From positions 4,288,001 to 4,352,000 of the forward strand of contig OY820905.2 of NCBI GenBank assembly GCA_963555755.3: a stretch of DNA of 64,000 nucleotides, written 5' to 3'. Made by a program: the position numbers and the translations under genes. Source of the stretch: Nitrospirales bacterium. Lineage in GTDB: Bacteria > Nitrospirota > Nitrospiria > Nitrospirales > UBA8639. Position 1 is the stretch's first letter, and every line of letters begins with the position of its first letter. The notes under the pieces are model-generated. The model saw nothing but the letters and a program-made list of their open reading frames with translations, ran no database searches and was not told the origin of the DNA. Shown piece by piece: positions 18,614 to 30,489 of the stretch.

Positions 18614-20000
18614 GAGCTATTGTCAAATCTAGTGTCTGAAGCGTTACTCACGCGGCGACCGGGTCCGTGGTTGTCTGTTCGATTCCATCGATAAATTGAA
18701 TGTCCGCAACGACTTTGGGCAACTCTCGGAATCCTCGCAAGCGCCTCCATGTTTTCTCTGCGCATTGACCTAACTTGAACATCATGTGCAATATGCCATC
18801 TCGCGTGAGACATCCCTTTGTGCGGATCGTCCGATGCCGAATCGTTCCAAAGGTCGATTCGATGGGATTGGTGGTCCGGAGACTCGGCCAATGGGCAGCC
18901 GGAAACGTATAGAACATCAGGAGCTCCTCTCGATCTTTCTGCAAACAGGCTGTGGCCTTGGGATATTTGAGCTCATAGGTGTTGAGGAATACATCAACGG
19001 CTTGCTCCGCCAACCCTTTGGTCTCAGACCGCCAGATGTCTTGTACGGCCTGCTTGGCTTTGGATTGCACACTTTTGGGCAGCGCATTTAAGACATTCTG
19101 TGTCTTGTGGCACCAACACCGTTGATGCCGCGTCACCGGGAAGATTTCTTCCAGGGCCGCCCAGAAGCCGAGGGCGCCATCCCCAACAGCCAAGGCGGGC
19201 GCGTTCAGCCCGCGGGCTTTCAGATGCCACAGGACTTCCCGCCAACTTTGGGTGGACTCACGAATCCCGTCTTCCATCGCTAAGAGATGTTTCTCCCCGG
19301 AGGCAGTCATGCCGATCACGACCAATGCACATAAGCGCTGCTCTTCAGCTCGTACGCCACTATAGATCCCATCGACCCAGATATAGACCCACTGGTCGGC
19401 ATCGAGTCGACGTTGTCGCCAGATGGTATACTCCTTCCGCCAGATCTGCTTGAGCCGAGCCACCGTACTGGCGGACAGCCCCTTGGCCTCTGGGCCCACG
19501 AGGACTTCCAGAGCCGGTTGCATCTCTCCCGTCGAGATGCCTTTTAAGTACAGCCATGGGATCGCCGCTTCCAAGCTAGCCGACTTGCGCACATACGGGG
19601 GGACCAGCGCCGAGTGAAACGTGACCGGTTTGCCCTGGCGACTCCGTACTTTTGGGACTTGTACGGTCACCGGCCCAATGCCCGTCTGAATGTCGCGCGT
19701 AGGATGATGGCCGCTGAGGACAACCCTCGCATGCCCCTGTTCCGTTGACTGGTCTGCATAGGTCGCCAAGAGCTCGGCCACCTCCGCTTTCAGGGCTTGG
19801 GCAAGAAGCTTCTGCGCCCCTGTTCGAATCAACTCCGTCAGCGAATCGGTCCTTCCTCGATCTTCTTCCTCTGATTTGGTACATTCCTGCATCGTGGCGT
19901 CTCTCCTTTGTGGTTGTGGTGGATGTCTCGCAACACCCATTTCAACCCGAAACGCCACGTGTTTTCAACTGATCCTAGACACTACTTTCAAGTATAACTC
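18614..20000 (-). mobile_element. IS256-family element
   Basis: Imperfect TIRs GAGCTATTG...TAGTGTCT / AGACACTA...ATAACTC; 8-bp TSD CCACGCTG at 18606 and 20001. Confidence 0.95.
18648..19892 (-). CDS. IS256-family transposase
   Basis: YLKGIST, WVDG, GDGALGF, QRCWCH, RTTNPIES. Confidence 0.95.
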   Translation of the reverse strand: MQECTKSEEEDRGRTDSLTELIRTGAQKLLAQALKAEVAELLATYADQSTEQGHARVVLSGHHPTRDIQTGIGPVTVQVPKVRSRQGKPVTFHSALVPPYVRKSASLEAAIPWLYLKGISTGEMQPALEVLVGPEAKGLSASTVARLKQIWRKEYTIWRQRRLDADQWVYIWVDGIYSGVRAEEQRLCALVVIGMTASGEKHLLAMEDGIRESTQSWREVLWHLKARGLNAPALAVGDGALGFWAALEEIFPVTRHQRCWCHKTQNVLNALPKSVQSKAKQAVQDIWRSETKGLAEQAVDVFLNTYELKYPKATACLQKDREELLMFYTFPAAHWPSLRTTNPIESTFGTIRHRTIRTKGCLTRDGILHMMFKLGQCAEKTWRRLRGFRELPKVVADIQFIDGIEQTTTDPVAA

Positions 20001-20853
20001 CCACGCTGGAATACCAGTGTTCAATATGCCAATACATATCGAAGTGGCAATTCCTCCCAAGATTCCATCTCTCATGCCATTCGAACACAAATTGGATATA
20101 AAATTTCTGAAATTACGAAGGTAAGGGGAGGGTATAGTCTTCGCCTCAATGAATTTATTGGTGGTGGAGGGGGTACGACATCTGGGACTGCCACCAGAGG
20201 AAATGCCACGAGCCATTCTCTCAACGTTGGTGCTGACCATCTTTTGCAACCAACCATTCCGGTAAACGTGAGGGTTGCGGCAACGGTAACAGAGACGGAA
20301 GCGTCAACGACTCGTCTGAATTTTACTGGAAGCGGGAGTATCTCCAAAATATTTTCCGGTGGAGTGATCAGCCTTCGGGTCAACCAACGTATTGGAACTG
20401 GCGGTGGACTCGCAGCCTCAACGACCCTTAATCAAACCGCAGTGCTGACGGCTTTTAAAACCCTTACGCGTTTCATAAGCGCTTTTCTCAATTTTGGCTA
20501 TAGCCGGAACCGTTCATTGGCTGGCTCGACGATTGAAATTGATACCTATCAATTCCGAGGCGGAGCCAGTCTTAGGTTGTTGGAGTGGCTCAACGGAGGC
20601 GTGACCTATTCCTACACAAATCAAGACTCCAAAAGTTCAGTCGGAAACACCGCTTCAAGCAATTCGATTTTTGTTGGTCTCACGGCTACAGCCGATACCT
20701 TTAAATTCTTTAAGTAGTCGGTTCCTTTCGTTCCAAGTCCTTTCTTTCAGCATCTCCTTGTCAGGTCTGTTGTTTGGATTCCTTTGATGATCATCTGATT
20801 GTCAAAGAATCATCATTTTCTGGGCCGTTCCCAGTTTAATAATTTTCCTTGCC

Positions 20854-21780
20854 ATGATGAAGAATAAACTTCCAATCGGGCTTTCCGTCGTTGTCCCCAT
20901 TTACAACGAAGAGAAAAGCATTGGCCTCTTATATACTTCCATTCGGGATGCGTGCGAGGCAGTGCCACAGCATTACGAAATCATTTTTATCGATGACGGG
21001 AGTCGAGATAACAGTTTTTCTGAGCTTGAAGCGCTTCATCAAAAAGATCCACATGTCAAAGTCATTCGCTTTCGGAAAAATTATGGGCAAACGGCTGCTA
21101 TGGCCACGGGGTTTCGAGCTGCTCGTGGTGACGTCGTGGTGAGTATGGATGGCGATTTACAAAATGATCCAGTGGATATTCCTCGGCTCTTGGCAAAGAT
21201 CGATGACGGATATGATGTGGTGTGCGGGTGGAGAAAAGCCCGAAAGGATAAACTCATTTCGCGAAAAATTCCTTCCTGGATTGCCAACTGGATTATTGGC
21301 AAAATTACTCAAGTCCCTATTCACGATAATGGCTGTTCGCTTAAGGCCTATCGAAAGAAGATCATTAAGCAGGTTTCCTTGTATTCGGAGCTCCATCGGT
21401 TTATTCCCGCGATGTCAAGCCTTGCGGGAGCTCGCATCACCGAAATTGTGGTGACCCACCACGCCAGACAGTTTGGTGTAAGCAAATATGGAATTTCTCG
21501 TGCCTGGAAAGTCCTTTCCGACCTGTTTCTCATTAAGTTGCTCACGGGGTTTGTGACACGGCCATCCTTATGGTTCGGCTTGGGGGCGCTATGTGCCCTA
21601 CTGGTAGGTGTGGGTGGAATGTTGGGAGGAATGATTGTCGGCGTAGGGGGAATTACTTTCCTGACAGTCGCCTTTCTCTTTTGTAGTTTGGCAGGGCATT
21701 TACTTGTGATGGGTATATTAGGCGAGGTCATTGTCGAGACTGGAAATTATCGTCCTTCCAAAATGATCGTGGTTCAGTAG
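20854..21780 (+). CDS. GT2 polyprenol-phosphate glycosyltransferase
   Basis: VVPIYNEE, IDDGSRD, NYGQTAA, MDGDLQNDP; two C-terminal TMs. Confidence 0.9.
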   Translation: MMKNKLPIGLSVVVPIYNEEKSIGLLYTSIRDACEAVPQHYEIIFIDDGSRDNSFSELEALHQKDPHVKVIRFRKNYGQTAAMATGFRAARGDVVVSMDGDLQNDPVDIPRLLAKIDDGYDVVCGWRKARKDKLISRKIPSWIANWIIGKITQVPIHDNGCSLKAYRKKIIKQVSLYSELHRFIPAMSSLAGARITEIVVTHHARQFGVSKYGISRAWKVLSDLFLIKLLTGFVTRPSLWFGLGALCALLVGVGGMLGGMIVGVGGITFLTVAFLFCSLAGHLLVMGILGEVIVETGNYRPSKMIVVQ

Positions 21781-21822
21781 TAGTCACAACGAAATTCCCA
21801 TTCTAGTAGAGGAGTTCCAATC

Positions 21823-22818
21823 ATGGCTGTGTTCACCAAGGAATCTGCAACTGGTCAGTATTCACTCACGTTCAATGAACCGAAGTGTGTGGGCGTCTCC
21901 ATTGTCATCCCTGTCACAGAACGGTGCGACGATCTTATCGAGATCTATCGCGTCCATAAGGATATTTTGAACTGTCGTGGAGTGGAAAGCGAATTTATTT
22001 TTGTGATTGATGGAGGGTTTGAATGGGAAGGGGACAGGGTTCGTGCGCTGGCACACAAGGAAGAATTCGTTCGAGTGATCCAATTGTCCAGACCATTTGG
22101 TGAAGCCACGGCTCTGGCAGTGGGGTTTGAACAGGCAGAAGGTGATGTGGTGGTGACTATGCCTTCGTATTTTCAAACGATACCTGAAGGCTTGGATACC
22201 GTTCTCAATGCACTAGACCAGGACTGTGATGTCGCGATTGCCCGACGCTGGCCACGGCATGATCGTTGGGTCAATAAAATGCAAAACTCTGGGTTTCATT
22301 TTGTCCTTCGTTGGTTTACGGGAGTGAGGTTTCATGATCTAGGTTGTGGCTTACGGGGAATGAAGAAACGAGTGACGTGTGAGCTTCAACTATACGGCGA
22401 TTTACATCGATTCATCCCGTTACTCGCCTATCAACGAGGGTTTCGAGTTCGGGAAGTCGATGTGTCTCAACATCAAGCTGATCAATCGACAAGAATTTAC
22501 AAGCCAGGTGTCTATTTGCGTCGCCTTCTGGATATTCTCACGGTGGCATTTTTGTTCAAATTTACGAAAAAGCCTCTGCGGTTTTTCGGTCTGATTGGGG
22601 CTGGCTTATTTTTTGCCGGGTTCGCCCTTTCTTCATATCTCGCCATGGAGAAGATATTGGGAATAAGTGGACTTGCCGATCGCCCCATGTTGATTTTGGG
22701 TGTCCTGCTGATGGTCTTAGGGGTGCAGACAGGCTCCCTTGGGCTCCTCGGAGAAATAATCATTTTTACCCACGCACGGAAAATGAAGGACTATACGATT
22801 GAAAAATTCCTCAAATAG
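21823..22818 (+). CDS. GT2-like paralog with degenerate DxD motif
   Basis: SIVIPV, FGEATAL, DLGCG, LYGDLHRFIP; MPSYFQ replaces MDGDLQ. Confidence 0.85.
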   Translation: MAVFTKESATGQYSLTFNEPKCVGVSIVIPVTERCDDLIEIYRVHKDILNCRGVESEFIFVIDGGFEWEGDRVRALAHKEEFVRVIQLSRPFGEATALAVGFEQAEGDVVVTMPSYFQTIPEGLDTVLNALDQDCDVAIARRWPRHDRWVNKMQNSGFHFVLRWFTGVRFHDLGCGLRGMKKRVTCELQLYGDLHRFIPLLAYQRGFRVREVDVSQHQADQSTRIYKPGVYLRRLLDILTVAFLFKFTKKPLRFFGLIGAGLFFAGFALSSYLAMEKILGISGLADRPMLILGVLLMVLGVQTGSLGLLGEIIIFTHARKMKDYTIEKFLK

Positions 22819-23045
22819 TGATCGCTATCAATGTGTGATGCTACCCCTCAAGGAGGGACTCATACGGCTGCCGGATTTGAGTAACTATCAGCAAGTGACG
22901 CAAGCTGCAATGCCCGAGTAGAAATATTCAAGGGTACCTAGCATCATTGAACGTTGGGATTGAACACGTCACAGCAGGTTGAGCAAGACTGTAAACTTAG
23001 CCACCTGATGCAGTTCCCATCGGCTTGACTAATGGGGTGCCTTCT

Positions 23046-23231
23046 ATGGAAAGAGAACAAATTTTGAAGAATCGGCTTTTAGGGAAAGAATTGATGATTC
23101 TGTTTCTTTTGACCTTAATAGTGCGATTGGTGGGTATCAATCACCTTCCCTTGGATGACGAGATGCCGAAGCCGATTTGCTTGAATCCCACGCCAGACGG
23201 ATACCACTACCTACAGAGTCAAGAATTATGA
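23046..23231 (+). pseudogene. Truncated N-terminus of a GT-C (ArnT/PMT-like) gene
   Basis: TM helix LFLLTLIVRL followed by a DDE motif, then early loss of similarity. Confidence 0.45.
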
Positions 23232-23754
23232 CTTTTGTCTGGGAATGGCCCTTAATTTCCAAAAAAGCAAAGTGTCATGATGATATTGCGGCATATGCCT
23301 TGCCGGTAATAGGAATAGTAAGAGGGTATCAGGCCATCAATAGGTAATGGAGTGAACTATACTCAGTGGAATAGCTCCATCCCTTTTTCTTGGGTTAAAT
23401 GATTCAGACTTTTAATCACGAGGCAGCCCAGAATCTGGAAAGGTTTTCTTGCGCTGTCATTGAGTTTCAAGGCGCCAATGGCATTACCTGGCGGTGGTGG
23501 TGCCAAGACCTCGAACGAAGTGCGTAGAGGCTTCACTCACTAGTCAGGCCAAATGTCTAGGCAACAATGGCCGACAACGGGCTCTTAATGACTGTACGTG
23601 TGAACAGGTCTATCGCACGCTCCTTGGCATCTTCTTGTTAGAGGTCAGTTGAGAGCGTTGTCAGTTCATCGTCCATCTGAGGCTTTTCCAGTATTGGTAT
23701 TGTTCTCCAAACAATAGGGTCAATTTCTCAAATATTGTTCGATTTATCAAACCA

Positions 23755-25533
23755 ATGAATAACACGACGTCCAAACCGTTTGGGTACTTTTGTTTGCCTA
23801 TCTCCCGTTCAACCCTGGAATCCCTTGCGTTACTCTCAATTTTGGTTCTTGGCGCGGCCCTTCGGTTTTGGAATATTTCGATCGGCCTGCCGACTCTGTA
23901 TGTGCATGATGAAATTTTTGAAGTACACCGTGCGTTAGAACTGCTACGCGGAGAGTATAATTTCTATCGTACCAAAGGCATGTATTTCTATTTCCTCTCC
24001 ATCATGTCTGGTTGCTATGGTGCGTGGTTAGTTTTTCAGGGGTACTTTTCCGATTTGAGTAGTTTTATCACCTACTCACTCGTGCATCCCGGCGATATTG
24101 TTCTCCTTAGCCGCATCCTCACTGCGGTCCTTGGAACATGTTCGATTTTCCTTATCTATCGATTGGGGAAAATCATATTTCCTCACGGTTCTCCGGCACC
24201 TCTCCTGTTGGCGTTAGTTTGGGCGACCTGTGGTTTGGCTGTCTGGCTTTCCAAGTGGGGTCTGATTGAAACAACGCTTTTACTATTCGGACTCCTTTCT
24301 TTTTTCCCCATTCTTCATTTGCTCCATGAGAAGACTCAGAAAAACTATTTGTTGGCAGGGGTCTGCATTGCGGCAGCAACAGCAACAAAAATTTATGGTG
24401 CGGTATTGATCGTGCCACTGGTATTCGCGCATTTCGTTGGTCAAGAAAAACCTCTATCCTTCGACACATTAAAGAGGCAAACCAAGGGGCTCGTGTTGTT
24501 TGCTATCAGCTTTGTCGTGTCCCTCAGTATTTTTAATCCTGCTATCCCATTAAAATTTCTTAGCCAGGGGATCATTCAAGGGATCATCCCAACCTCATCA
24601 ACTGACGGACCAAAGACTCTCCCAATTTTTTTCTATTTCAAATATTTGCGATGGAATCTTGGAAACATCGGGTTGCCAATATTTGCGGTCGGCCTGGTCA
24701 TGGCGGTGGTGAGATTTCAAAAACACGTGTGCGCATGTGCTATTTTTGCTTGCGTCTTCTTTCTCGCTTTGGGGCTTCGACCGGAAGCGATGTTGATTTA
24801 TGACCGGTATTTATTAATTAGTTTGCCCTTCTTTTTTGTCGTAACGATCTATGGTGTTGAAGTCGTAAGAGAAAAAATCCTGTCAGTCGTACTCCATGAC
24901 ACGACACGAGGTGTGGCATCAGTTGGAGTGGTTGTTCTGGTTGCCATTGTGTTTTTTTGGAACGGGTTAAGTTATTTGTTGAATAATCCTGTATTTGGAT
25001 CACCCTTTGTTCCCGTGCAAGTGCAGGCGGTGCAGTGGTTTGAGGAATATGTGCCTGAAGGGGCAACGGTTGTCGTGCGAGGAGAAAGACGGCCCTGGCC
25101 TGGCAATCAGGATATCCCGATCTATGATCTCGAGGCGAATTACTTGCGGCGTTATGAAGTGAAGACGCAGCATGGCGGGACGCCGCCGGAATTCAGGTTT
25201 ATGGTGGATCTTGCAAAAGCCAAAGACATTCTTCGCTATAATTTGATTGTGGAAGATCGCTATGCGATATGGAAACCTCTGCAACATTATATTCAATTAG
25301 GCGCAGAGTATTTTGTCGTTGATGAAAAATATTTTGAGGGAAAGATTGGATTTCGAAGGTCATTAAAGGCCATGAAGTCACGAAGGGCATTCTATCAAGC
25401 ACTGCGCAGTTCGAGTGGCGTGGCACGTATCAATTCCTTTCAAGGCAAAAACGTCACCGGAAGCCACCGAACAATTGAAGTGTATCAAGTTCGTGACCCC
25501 AAAAGGGTGTTGTCAGCAACCTCCCCCCAGTGA
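23755..25533 (+). CDS. GT-C fold (ArnT/PMT family 39/83) membrane glycosyltransferase
   Basis: LGAALRF...HDE, SRILTAVLG, ATKIYG, DRYLL; many TM helices. Confidence 0.85.
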   Translation: MNNTTSKPFGYFCLPISRSTLESLALLSILVLGAALRFWNISIGLPTLYVHDEIFEVHRALELLRGEYNFYRTKGMYFYFLSIMSGCYGAWLVFQGYFSDLSSFITYSLVHPGDIVLLSRILTAVLGTCSIFLIYRLGKIIFPHGSPAPLLLALVWATCGLAVWLSKWGLIETTLLLFGLLSFFPILHLLHEKTQKNYLLAGVCIAAATATKIYGAVLIVPLVFAHFVGQEKPLSFDTLKRQTKGLVLFAISFVVSLSIFNPAIPLKFLSQGIIQGIIPTSSTDGPKTLPIFFYFKYLRWNLGNIGLPIFAVGLVMAVVRFQKHVCACAIFACVFFLALGLRPEAMLIYDRYLLISLPFFFVVTIYGVEVVREKILSVVLHDTTRGVASVGVVVLVAIVFFWNGLSYLLNNPVFGSPFVPVQVQAVQWFEEYVPEGATVVVRGERRPWPGNQDIPIYDLEANYLRRYEVKTQHGGTPPEFRFMVDLAKAKDILRYNLIVEDRYAIWKPLQHYIQLGAEYFVVDEKYFEGKIGFRRSLKAMKSRRAFYQALRSSSGVARINSFQGKNVTGSHRTIEVYQVRDPKRVLSATSPQ

Positions 25534-26330
25534 AAGGTTTCCCAAACCCCAGGCAGGTGATTAGGGGAAGTATAGCGAGCGTATTTATTTTTCCGACAAT
25601 GGCTTATCCTATCTTTCAGTAGGCCTGGCATCGTGGGAATCATGAAATTTGCTTGCCATCATAGGCGAATTGGGTTCATCGACTGACTTGCAGGCTCGCC
25701 TTGCTGTGTACCGCGCTCGCTCCAGGATGTAGAAAACCTATGGTATCCATAAATTACGTTTTGTCCATACGGTGAATTTGATGGATGCTTCTATTGCCAA
25801 ATACGAATTTCACAGGTTGAAATCAATGCAAGGTGGGGAATGTATGTGTCTCTTATCCTTTCAAGAACGTGTCTGGGCATCAGGCAAGGTCAGGAACCCA
25901 TCTGTGTCGGTATCCCATTTCCTCAGGCCTTATATCGATAAAGCTTCTGTCATCCCCACCACCAATATAACCAAATCATTATTTTACCTTAGGAAAGAAA
26001 TGGGTGGGGAATGATCTTGAAGTTCGCCTGGTCTTTTGCCGTTTTCTTGTGGAACATATGGCCGCATATTCGAACAACCAATCTGATGGGATCGACCTTT
26101 GCCACTGTTTCCTTACGCACTCCCAAGACCAGTAGCGGTCGCTCCAGATGAACGGTCTTGACCATGGTTTTTTAACTTGGAGGCTGTACGGAAAAAACCT
26201 GAAAGCGGTTGCGGGGCTCTCAAAGCCTCGTGGAGATCATTGAGAAGGACGAATTCGTTACTAGAGAGAGGCTAATCAGGAAAGCTGCTTAGTCTTGTCA
26301 AACAAAATTTTTGACAATAGATCCAATAAA

Positions 26331-27794
26331 ATGAGTACAGAAAAGAAACAAACTTCTGAATTTTGGTCTACGGTAAAAGCGGATGTGGGCCGGTTCCGTG
26401 AAGAAGGTTCTAGCCTTCGGGTAGTACTACGAGGATTACTCTCTCAAGGATTTTGGGCATTGTTCGGATACCGGATTTTTCGTTGGTTCCTCGACCATCA
26501 TATTCCTACACAGCCATTCCGGTTTGTGGTGGAAAGGACACTTGAAATGACGACGGGAATTTCCATTCCTGCCGAGGCTCGAATCGGAAAGGGTTTGCGG
26601 ATTCATCACTTTGGTGGAATCATCATACACTCGGATGTGGTCATAGGCGAAGAATGTACAATTTACCAGGGTGTGACTATAGGTGACTTGGGAGGAAGAG
26701 GAGGCGTGCCCAGGATTGGAAGTCGGGTTATTATGGGAGCAGGAGCCAGACTTATTGGGTCTATTGAGGTTGGGGACGATTGTGAAATTGGAGCAAACGC
26801 AGTCGTACGGACTTCGATCCCGTCAGGATGCCTAGCTGTCGGTGTGCCAGCGGTAGTTAAAAAAAAGAAATTCACGACTCATCTAGATGCCAGTGTGAAC
26901 ATAAAACAGTTTATCCCTACCTTAATTCTTACTCAAAACTTTTTGCCTCTTAAAGGTGGAACCGTAACTTGGATGCTTAACACGTATGGACGATATCAGT
27001 CCCGCGAAGCTGTTTTGGTCACTGAACAATGTGACCAGGGAGATGAGGTGGATAAAGCTCTTCCATTTCCAGTTGAACGGATTCCAATGAAATTTGCCAA
27101 TTGGGATCCGACGAACTTAAGCGCATTGCGTGGCTATGTCGACGCTATTTTGAACGTGTGCAAGATTTCTCGTCAGTATGGGGTTAAACAAATTCATGTG
27201 GCAAGGGTGTTGCCAGATGGATTAGTGGCCCTCCTTGTTCGGTGGTTCACTCGAGTGCCCTACCTCCTGTATGCCCATGGTGAAGAAATACAGACACACC
27301 TCACGTCACGTAAATTTTCCTGGCTCATGCCAAAGATCTATAACGGAGCTGCAGCCGTTATTGCCAATTCAACAAATACCAAACACATTTTGGAAAATAT
27401 TGGTATTGATTCCGATAAAATTCATATTATAAATCCCGGAGTTAGCAGTGAACTATTTAATAGTTCTGAACATGCTGGAGACTCAATTCGTCAGCGACAT
27501 AAGCTAAACAATGGACCTGTTTTGTTAACCGTGGGACGATTGCAGCGGCGAAAAGGTCAAGATATGGTCATCAAAGCCCTTCCTGAAATTCTAAAAGTTT
27601 TCCCGACTGCCAAATATCTTATTGTAGGAATTGGTGTCGATGAGGCCTACCTGCAAAATCTTGTGTGTGAATGTGGGATCGCTGACAATGTCGTTTTTGC
27701 AGGGCAAGTTTCTGATAATGAACTCGCTGGGTATTATGCAGCGTGTGATATCTTTATCATGCCCAATCGTCGAGTGTGTGCTAAGGTTAGTTGA
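26331..27794 (+). pseudogene. CysE-like acetyltransferase read in frame into a GT4 glycosyltransferase, truncated by IS256
   Basis: Hexapeptide repeats (IGKGLRIHHFGG, IGANAVV, GVPA), then GT4 motifs (HGEE, LTVGRLQRRKG, DIFIMPNR); cut before the ExFG...E motif. Confidence 0.85.
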
Positions 27795-29212
27795 AAATTG
27801 AAGTGGCTCCCTCAACTGTGGTGAGATGGTGTTCGACCAAGAACCCCGATCTTTCCCAGCAGCCGAAAGGAGCCACTTCATGAAGAGTATTACGAAAATC
27901 CCGAAGCGAAGCAAGAAGACCAAACGGTTGGGGCCAGCACAGGTTCTCCGCCCCGACCAGTATGAGGCGTTTGACGTGGAGACGAAGATAGAATGTATTC
28001 GTGCCCTCATCCCCTTGGGCCTGCTCCATGTTCAGGCCCTCTTGGAAGACGAGGTCTGTCTGTTGGCCGGGGCCCGGTATACCCGGAAAGCCTCGCAGTT
28101 TCCCGGGCGGCGGCATGGGAGTAATCCCGGCAGTGTCCGACTGGCCGGCCAACAGGTGTCGCTCCGGATTCCCCGAGTGCGCCAAGCGAATGGGGACGCG
28201 GAAATTCCGTTACGCACGCTTCCCACTTTTCGGGAGCATGGGGCACTGGATGAGGTTCTCCTGAAACGCGTGTTGTATGGGATTTCGTGTCGTAATTATG
28301 AGACGGCGGCCGCAGCGGTGCCGGGTGCGATCGGCTTGTCGAGTTCCACAGTGTCTCGCGCCTTTACGCAAGCCAGTGCCAAGCAGTTACACGCGTTGCA
28401 GGAACGGGACCTGAGTGACCTGGATCTGGTGGCGGTCTTTCTCGACGGGAAGGCCTTTGCCGAGATGATGATGGTGGTGGCCGTGGGGATCACGCTCACC
28501 GGGGAGAAACACGTTCTCGGCTTTGTCGAAACGGGCACTGAAAACGCAGAGGTCCTGACCCAGTTCCTGCAGGCGTTGGGAGACCGTGGGCTCGACAGTG
28601 CTCAGGGCTTGTTGGTCATCATCGATGGCGGGAAAGGCTTGCGAGCGGCGGTGCGGCAGGCGTTTGGCTCCTCGGCCCTGGTCCAACGGTGCCAGTGGCA
28701 CAAACGGGAAAATGTCGTGAAGTATTTACCCAAAGGCGAACAGGGCACGTGGCGGACCCGACTGCAACGGGCGTATCAGCGTCCCACCTATGCGGAAGCC
28801 CGGGCGTCGCTACAGCGCCTGCAGCGTGACCTGGAGACTCGGAATCAATCGGCGGCTCAGAGTCTGGTGGAAGGGTTGGAGGAAACCTTGACGCTGCATC
28901 GGTTAGGCGTGTTTGCCCTTTTGGGAACCTCCTTCAAAACGACCAACTGTCTGGAGTCGATCAATGCCTTGGTGGAAGAGCGGTGTGCCAAGGTGGATCG
29001 GTGGACGAACTCGAATCAGCGACAGCGCTGGTTGGCCACGGCGTTACTGGATATCGAGCCGCGGCTCCGCAAGGTGAAGGGCTATCGGCACTTGCCCCGC
29101 TTGCGGGAAGCCTTGAGCCGGGAACTAAAACTTAAAACGCCTATGACCAAGAAGGCCGCGTAACATGAACCCCGGAGCCGTGGAGAATTTCAACTAACTT
29201 TGGGCTTGACTC
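27772..29212 (+). mobile_element. IS256-family element (second type)
   Basis: TIRs GAGTGTGTGCTAAGGTTAGTTGAAAATT / AATTTCAACTAACTTTGGGCTTGACTC; transposase 27880-29163 (FLDG, IIDGGKG, QRCQWHK, TTNCLES); no matching TSD. Confidence 0.92.
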
Positions 29213-29463
29213 AAAAATCGTTATCAACGAGAGATGGCGAGACAGAATGTTGGATTCCGTAGACGGGATTGAAGCAAATTTCACTGTCCATTAAGGTCGA
29301 ACTGCCTGGAAGACGGGACGAGGTTGGGGCCGCATGGCTCTTTACACTTCTATATCATGATCATCGATAATTTTGATGGAAAGCGAAAGAGTACAGTTCT
29401 CCGGTGAGGGCAAGAGAGAATACGAGACAATCCTGGTTTTCCCAGGAACCTGGCTCGGTTTGG

Positions 29464-30489
29464 CTATTTGCAAGCCATCCCATGCACGCAAACATTGACA
29501 TCATCAGAATAGGAAAAGAAATCAACGAGTTTTCCCGATTTCCAATCCAGCTCAATAATCGCGGCTGGGGAAATGCCGACCAGGATATTTCCGTTTGGCG
29601 TTTCACAGAGTCCTCTCACAAAAACTGGCCGTGACGAAACGGCATGCAGAAACATTGAATGAAACAATTTATGCGGACGACCATGTTTTGCGAGCCAACA
29701 TTTAATGCGAGTCCACGTGAGACGTCGTAGTATCTGAGCGACCGGCGCCAGATCGTCTAACATGATCCTTTTATGGAGAGTCCCCCGTTGATCAAATATA
29801 TCAACGGAACGCTGAAGCGTGTTGCTGATCATCAAGTGACCACTTTTGGTCACGAGCAAGTTGTGGCATCCGCGCATATTGGGTTTGACGATATACACCT
29901 CTGTCGGATGCAATTTGATAACGGCACCAAATCTGTTGAGGAGCATTAACGGTCGGCCATCGGGAGCAATCGCTGCGGCATTGATATGAACGTGACTCGT
30001 GTCCCAAGAACCTGATTTTTCATGAGCCGTTCTGTTGTCGGCTTCCTTATCCATTTTGAGAGGTGTTAACCCGAAATGGGTAGCCGTGACAGCATCATCC
30101 CGCGGCCACCACGTTTCCATCGTCTTGCCCTCTTCATCCACTTGTACCGCGGCATCGATCTCCGTTGAAGTCGCCCATATAGAGTGATTGTGAAAGCACA
30201 ACTCGTGCAGATTCGCAAAGGTGTGGTTTGATATGCGCTGCAGGGGACTCAGGTCTAAATCGAAAGAATGCAGGGAGTGATAGGACGCGACAAGCACTTT
30301 TCCATTGGTGATGAGAATTCCACGGCCGCCTCGGGTTCCCCCTCTGGTATTGGTGGCAGACACTGGAGGGTCCGTCGGGACAATTGGCTGTGCGGATAAG
30401 ACTTTCTTGCTGTCCCAGTCGAGCTTGACGACTTCACCACCTTCAGAGGGCGGTGCCTGTCGAATGACTGTGGTAAAATATACATCCAT
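29464..30489 (-). CDS. Hypothetical protein, likely beta-propeller (weakly TIGR03032/DUF4915-like)
   Basis: 341-aa ORF; RGGRG, LHEL, HINA, HNL, FVRGL blade-like motifs. Confidence 0.55.
   Translation of the reverse strand: MDVYFTTVIRQAPPSEGGEVVKLDWDSKKVLSAQPIVPTDPPVSATNTRGGTRGGRGILITNGKVLVASYHSLHSFDLDLSPLQRISNHTFANLHELCFHNHSIWATSTEIDAAVQVDEEGKTMETWWPRDDAVTATHFGLTPLKMDKEADNRTAHEKSGSWDTSHVHINAAAIAPDGRPLMLLNRFGAVIKLHPTEVYIVKPNMRGCHNLLVTKSGHLMISNTLQRSVDIFDQRGTLHKRIMLDDLAPVAQILRRLTWTRIKCWLAKHGRPHKLFHSMFLHAVSSRPVFVRGLCETPNGNILVGISPAAIIELDWKSGKLVDFFSYSDDVNVCVHGMACK

Larger units (their letters stand above)
18000..20717 (+). pseudogene. EPS-locus outer-membrane beta-barrel protein interrupted by IS256
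   Basis: Signal peptide and ERYTDN motif; removing the IS and one TSD restores one ~440-aa frame (...HFDPRW-NTSVQY...FKFFK*). Confidence 0.85.

Noticed and set aside
23450..23700. Possible IS110 C-terminal relic on the minus strand
   Set aside because: Similarity too faint to support by eye
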